A stretch of 62,080 nucleotides of DNA from a virus (Duplodnaviria > Caudoviricetes): positions 1-62,080 of the IMG/VR virus record IMGVR_UViG_3300031963_000147. One strand, written 5' to 3'. The position numbers and the translations under genes were made by a program. Below are positions 58,243 through 62,080 of this stretch, piece by piece. A model generated the notes under the pieces. It was not told the origin of the DNA, searched no databases, and saw nothing but the letters and a program-made list of their open reading frames with translations. Numbering within the stretch: position 1 is the stretch's first letter; the number at the start of each line of letters is the position of its first letter.

Positions 58243-58484
58243 GCCTGAATCATCTCTTTTGGAAACCTGAATGTCCGATATGCGGCGAAGAGTATTCGGG
58301 CGATCATTGTCCAGGATGTTACGTCCGGTGCGAAGGATGCTTGAATTACTTCAACCGCGAAGACCTGCACCCGAACATTCAGACGGCAACTTACTTTTTA
58401 AAATTCTGCTGCGATAGATGCCTGAGAGAAGAGATAGAAGAATTAAATAACCCAAACTGCGAATACAATGAAAGCAACCAATGA
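58239..58484 (+). CDS. Cys-rich Zn-finger-like protein
   Basis: Four CxxC pairs in 81 aa. Confidence 0.6.
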   Translation: MSLNHLFWKPECPICGEEYSGDHCPGCYVRCEGCLNYFNREDLHPNIQTATYFLKFCCDRCLREEIEELNNPNCEYNESNQ

Positions 58485-58671
58485 GTTCAGAAAGTTTGCC
58501 ACAGATGAGCAAATTTTAGAATGTCTCATTTTATTTGAGACTCGTAAAATGGACGCGGCTAAACTATTGTCTGCATACGTCGCGCCTAAGTGGGGAATAA
58601 CCACACTAGAAGCCGTTGCCTTTCTTAAGAAAATGGCAGAAGAATTAAATCAACCAACATCAATAATTTAA
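58468..58671 (+). CDS. Hypothetical protein
   Basis: 67-aa ORF in a packed run. Confidence 0.6.
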   Translation: MKATNEFRKFATDEQILECLILFETRKMDAAKLLSAYVAPKWGITTLEAVAFLKKMAEELNQPTSII

Positions 58672-58876
58672 GACAATGAGCCATACGATTGAAGTAAAAC
58701 ATATTAATAAAGATAGAATCAGTATTCTTGGAAAAGAATATTGCTCAGAAGAATATTTGATAGAAATGATGCGAAGGGAATACTTAAGAGGCAGAGAAGA
58801 AGGAAGTCGTATTCATATTGCTCAAATACAATCTTGCTCAAATTGTGCAACCCAACATCAATAATTTAAGACAATG
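58654..58876 (+). repeat. 25-bp direct repeat CCAACATCAATAATTTAAGACAATG
   Basis: Identical at 58654-58678 and 58852-58876; each copy ends in a start codon. Confidence 0.9.
58676..58864 (+). CDS. Hypothetical protein bracketed by direct repeats
   Basis: 62 aa. Confidence 0.55.
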   Translation: MSHTIEVKHINKDRISILGKEYCSEEYLIEMMRREYLRGREEGSRIHIAQIQSCSNCATQHQ

Positions 58877-59134
58877 GAAATTCAATTTAACCCGAAAGAA
58901 GACAGTGGTAGCTTTAATTGGGAAACAGATTATTATCATCCCGATAACGCATTCACTATGCGGGATTTTTTAGACAACCATTTGCCGCCTGATTTTGAAG
59001 TGATACTAGATGATGGAAGTTATGCAGAAGTACAACATCACGCCACGGATGCTATTTTCTGTATTGCCGCAAAAGGCAACGGAGATTGTTTTCATCACGT
59101 AGTTGAGTGGCACATAATTTCACGTAACCATTAA
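58874..59134 (+). CDS. Hypothetical protein
   Basis: 86 aa. Confidence 0.6.
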   Translation: MEIQFNPKEDSGSFNWETDYYHPDNAFTMRDFLDNHLPPDFEVILDDGSYAEVQHHATDAIFCIAAKGNGDCFHHVVEWHIISRNH

Positions 59135-59157
59135 TCCAACCTCAATACTGAAATAAG

Positions 59158-59523
59158 ATGGAAGAAAAAAACACACTATACTGTGGCCTAGTTACTGAGA
59201 ACGAGATTTTATTGGCGGCTCAGAACGACAAGGATAAACAAACAAAATACGACAACGCATACGATAGAAAAAAAGGATTTATAGAGGGTGCTAAATGGGC
59301 TATTCGCCATATAAGAGAAGACGATAAACAACGCGTTAAATTGTACCGTGTAGAATTTGAAGGTTTATATCCAGCTGGAAACTGTCTTGTGCTTTTAGCA
59401 TATTCGCAACAAGAAGCTGAAATAATTGCAGGAAAAACGATAAGGCACACTAGTGAATTTGTGGTAAACGAAATCGCTATGAACGAGCCTAAGATTATCG
59501 AATATCTGTCAGGAGATTATTAA
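59158..59523 (+). CDS. Hypothetical protein
   Basis: 121 aa; GFIEGAKWA motif common in Bacteroidota phage small proteins. Confidence 0.65.
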   Translation: MEEKNTLYCGLVTENEILLAAQNDKDKQTKYDNAYDRKKGFIEGAKWAIRHIREDDKQRVKLYRVEFEGLYPAGNCLVLLAYSQQEAEIIAGKTIRHTSEFVVNEIAMNEPKIIEYLSGDY

Positions 59524-59556
59524 GTCTTCCATACATCTGCCAAAACCAATACAGCT

Positions 59557-59763
59557 ATGAACAATCCGCACTTAATGATTATGCCGGAGGAAGACACAGA
59601 ACTACTGTGTAGCGTCCTGTTTCAACGATTTACCGAAGTAATGGCCGCGAACAAAGCGCCAGACGCGGTAATTAATAAAGACTTGGAGGACAAACTCCGC
59701 AGCCTGTACTACCGCATGGTAGATCACCGTCGCAAACTCAATAAAATCAATAATAAGCTATGA
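59557..59763 (+). CDS. Hypothetical protein
   Basis: 68 aa, ATGA-coupled to the ATPase gene. Confidence 0.6.
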   Translation: MNNPHLMIMPEEDTELLCSVLFQRFTEVMAANKAPDAVINKDLEDKLRSLYYRMVDHRRKLNKINNKL

Positions 59764-61088
59764 AAATTGAATCAATTTCAGTCCGGAATCTGAAGGCTAT
59801 TTCAGAAATGGACGCTAACTTCGGCGGATGCACCGCCATCATCACCGGAAGCAACAACAAGGGAAAGTCCTCTTTCCTCACCGCCATCGCTGACCGCATT
59901 CGCGGACTTTCGCCTGAACATATCCTGAAGGAAAATGAATCCGAAGGAAAAGCCGAAATGATCCTGACCAGCGGAGATAAATTCATCTGGGAATTCGATG
60001 ATGAAAAGAAAGACAAGCTCACCTTTATTTCCCGTGACGGACTGAAGACCCGAAGCACAAAGGAAATCAATGAGCGTTTCTTTAAGCCTGTATTCGACAT
60101 TGATAAATTCCTGAACTCATCACCGAAGGAACAAAGCAAGATGCTCCAGGCTATTGCAGGAATTGACCTTACCGATATTCTTGCAGAATACAAGGCAGCA
60201 TACGATCACCGAACCGGATGCAATGCTGTTTACAAACAGGCAAGCGCCGCAGTCACCAGCCTAGGGACCGTTGATCCGGTGGAGACGGTTGACACTGAAT
60301 CAATCAAGGCCAAGATCAAGGAAGAAGAAGCGATACTAACCTCACTGGCAGAAGAGGCCCGTCAGAAGAATGAAGAAGCCATGCAGAAGTGGGAAGCTGA
60401 AAACAAGGTGCACCTCACCCGACTTGCTTCTGAAAACACGCTGAGGCAGAGCCAACGGGAGAAAAGGGACCAAGCGCAAGAACTGTCCCATAAACTGTTT
60501 CTGCTTGGGTACGAAAGTGAAGACCTTACAAAATGGATTGAATCACTTCCTTACTTGGATCCCCTGCCGATTGAACCACTTGAATCCCCATCATTCGGAT
60601 TGCTCATGCAGGACCGCACCAAGATCGAAGAGCTTCAGGCGCAACTTGATTCAGCGGAACAGACCAACACAAAGGCAGCCGAATACCTGAAATACCTGTC
60701 CGCAGTACAGGCCGTGGACGCCGCAGCGCTGAAGGCAAAAGAAGCAGACACCAAAGTGAAAGAAGTGGAAGCCCGCAAACAGCAAATGCTGCAGGAAGCT
60801 AAATTCCCAGACGGCATCGAATTGACCGAAGAAGGAATTACCGTTGAAGGTCTTCCGCTGGATAAAAAGCAGATCAGCACGAGTAAACTGTATTGCGCAG
60901 CCCTGAAGATTGCATCCATGCAGCTTGGCGTAGTGCGATCACTTCACTTCGATGCTTCTCCACTTGATCGTAATACCCTGAATGATATTCAGAAGTGGGC
61001 AGAGAACAACGACCTTCAGTTGCTCATTGAGCGTCCGTCATTTGAAGAGCAGGAAATTCAGTACGAGATCATTCATTCCCATGAATAA
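59760..61088 (+). CDS. SMC/Rad50-like ABC-ATPase with coiled coil (recombination module)
   Basis: MKI.SI.V.N.K.I, Walker A GSNNKGKSS, long coiled coil, degenerate signature ISTSK and Walker B LHFDA..LD. Confidence 0.8.
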   Translation: MKIESISVRNLKAISEMDANFGGCTAIITGSNNKGKSSFLTAIADRIRGLSPEHILKENESEGKAEMILTSGDKFIWEFDDEKKDKLTFISRDGLKTRSTKEINERFFKPVFDIDKFLNSSPKEQSKMLQAIAGIDLTDILAEYKAAYDHRTGCNAVYKQASAAVTSLGTVDPVETVDTESIKAKIKEEEAILTSLAEEARQKNEEAMQKWEAENKVHLTRLASENTLRQSQREKRDQAQELSHKLFLLGYESEDLTKWIESLPYLDPLPIEPLESPSFGLLMQDRTKIEELQAQLDSAEQTNTKAAEYLKYLSAVQAVDAAALKAKEADTKVKEVEARKQQMLQEAKFPDGIELTEEGITVEGLPLDKKQISTSKLYCAALKIASMQLGVVRSLHFDASPLDRNTLNDIQKWAENNDLQLLIERPSFEEQEIQYEIIHSHE

Positions 61089-61341
61089 CCTGGTTCAGAA
61101 CCTTCGCTTTGAGGAAGTCCGGGGCTTTTTATTGCCCCGGCTTTCTTACAGTTCTCAGGGATGCAGATATTACCACGCACGAAACCTTTCTGTGTTTTCA
61201 ATCTGGAAGCACGAGGTAAGGACCAAGTTAGGTGATGAGTGCCGGTATGAAATCATCCAACAAACCAAGCATCATCAATTTGAAATTAAACTCTTATCAG
61301 AAAATGGTACAGATCAACAACAGGCCGCACAAGAAGTCTGA
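61081..61341 (+). CDS. Hypothetical protein (start ATG 61081)
   Basis: 86 aa, overlapping the ATPase stop. Confidence 0.5.
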   Translation: MNNLVQNLRFEEVRGFLLPRLSYSSQGCRYYHARNLSVFSIWKHEVRTKLGDECRYEIIQQTKHHQFEIKLLSENGTDQQQAAQEV

Positions 61342-61570
61342 GCACTACTCCGGCAAAATCATTATGGCATTTCCAAACATGGAAAATGTAGAGTGGGAAT
61401 TTGAACTGGTTCGCACCACAAATGGAGTGGTAAAGGATCAGATCATATTTCCAGAGACAGAAGCCCTTCAAAGACTGGGCAAAACCGAAAGGGATTGTAT
61501 GACCCGCACCATATTAGAGTGCATCAAGCGCCAAAAAATCGACCAAACAGAACTGGAAAACACACACTGA
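61304..61570 (+). CDS. Hypothetical protein (start ATG 61304)
   Basis: 88 aa. Confidence 0.55.
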   Translation: MVQINNRPHKKSEHYSGKIIMAFPNMENVEWEFELVRTTNGVVKDQIIFPETEALQRLGKTERDCMTRTILECIKRQKIDQTELENTH

Positions 61571-61572
61571 AC

Positions 61573-61878
61573 ATGAAGCCATTCTCCGAAATGACCCAAG
61601 AGGAAATAAACAGCATGACCACAGAAGAGTTTTTGTCTGTTTCTCCCTTTGAAAAAAAGAGCTGCGCTGATTGCGCGCATTGCAAAGCCTCCATGTCATT
61701 GTGGTGCAGAAATGCAGAAGCCATAGCATATCGCGGCACATCTATTCCAGGTGTGATTAAATGCAAATTCTGGAAACCCAACTGGAGGTACATTGACCGA
61801 AAGTACAGAACTCCGGAGAACGGATATGTAAAGCCTACTTTCATTCAGAAAATCATTTCATACTTCACAAATTACTAA
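61573..61878 (+). CDS. Cys-containing hypothetical protein (start ATG 61573)
   Basis: SCADC.HC.....LWC...C.FW. Confidence 0.6.
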   Translation: MKPFSEMTQEEINSMTTEEFLSVSPFEKKSCADCAHCKASMSLWCRNAEAIAYRGTSIPGVIKCKFWKPNWRYIDRKYRTPENGYVKPTFIQKIISYFTNY

Positions 61879-61884
61879 ATCATC

Positions 61885-62080
61885 ATGGATTCAGAAGACT
61901 ACAAAGAACTCCGGGAGCGTGCTACCGCACTGAAAGCATCCAACAGAGCATCGGCAACGGAAGAAATACTAGCCCTGGCAACCCTGAGCCAGTACAAAGT
62001 CACCAAGTGCGATGAATATCACTACCGCGTGAATGATGAATACGATCTGTATCCGACAACGCGAAGGATATTCAAGATGG
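61885..62080 (+). CDS. Hypothetical protein, 3'-truncated
   Basis: MDSEDYKELRERA... open to the window end. Confidence 0.5.
   Translation, partial: MDSEDYKELRERATALKASNRASATEEILALATLSQYKVTKCDEYHYRVNDEYDLYPTTRRIFKM

Noticed and set aside
1-62080. Stop-codon reassignment or suppressor tRNA
   Set aside because: Long genes are intact in code 11; TAA, TGA and TAG all act as stops; no tRNA cloverleaf was recognised.
1-62080. Prophage, integrase, DGR or intron/intein
   Set aside because: No integrase, reverse transcriptase, host genes or obvious insertions in DnaB or TerL were seen; the part of the genome outside the window cannot be assessed.

Overview
The window is most of the genome of a lytic-looking tailed phage of a Bacteroidota host; the host is inferred from recurrent TAnnTTTG -7 promoter boxes, A/C-rich starts without Shine-Dalgarno sites and a DUF3127 SSB. 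No integrase, DNA polymerase, tRNA or CRISPR array was seen. Layout: (i) 1-3.9 kb, + strand: replication/recombination (initiator, DnaB, NinG, SSB); (ii) 3.9-49.6 kb, - strand: lysis, a 5,178-aa DarB-like polyvalent cargo protein, a podovirus/crAss-like virion module (muzzle, ring proteins, major capsid, scaffold, portal, TerL) and a GroEL/GroES cluster that includes a protein with up to three tandem GroES-like domains; (iii) 49.7-53.1 kb, + strand: a compact putative anti-defence cluster (DEDDh nuclease, Acb2/Tad1-like hairpin protein, YegP-like protein, RyR-Tad2/DUF2829 fusion); (iv) 53.1-54.3 kb: a strand-skewed non-coding region with a 10-bp-phased repeat array and five copies of a spaced palindrome (origin or genome-end candidate); (v) 54.3-62 kb, + strand: small early-type genes punctuated by three copies of a covarying hairpin with a conserved G/AUU internal loop and NUGANA apical loop. 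All protein calls come from motif recognition by eye, not from database searches.
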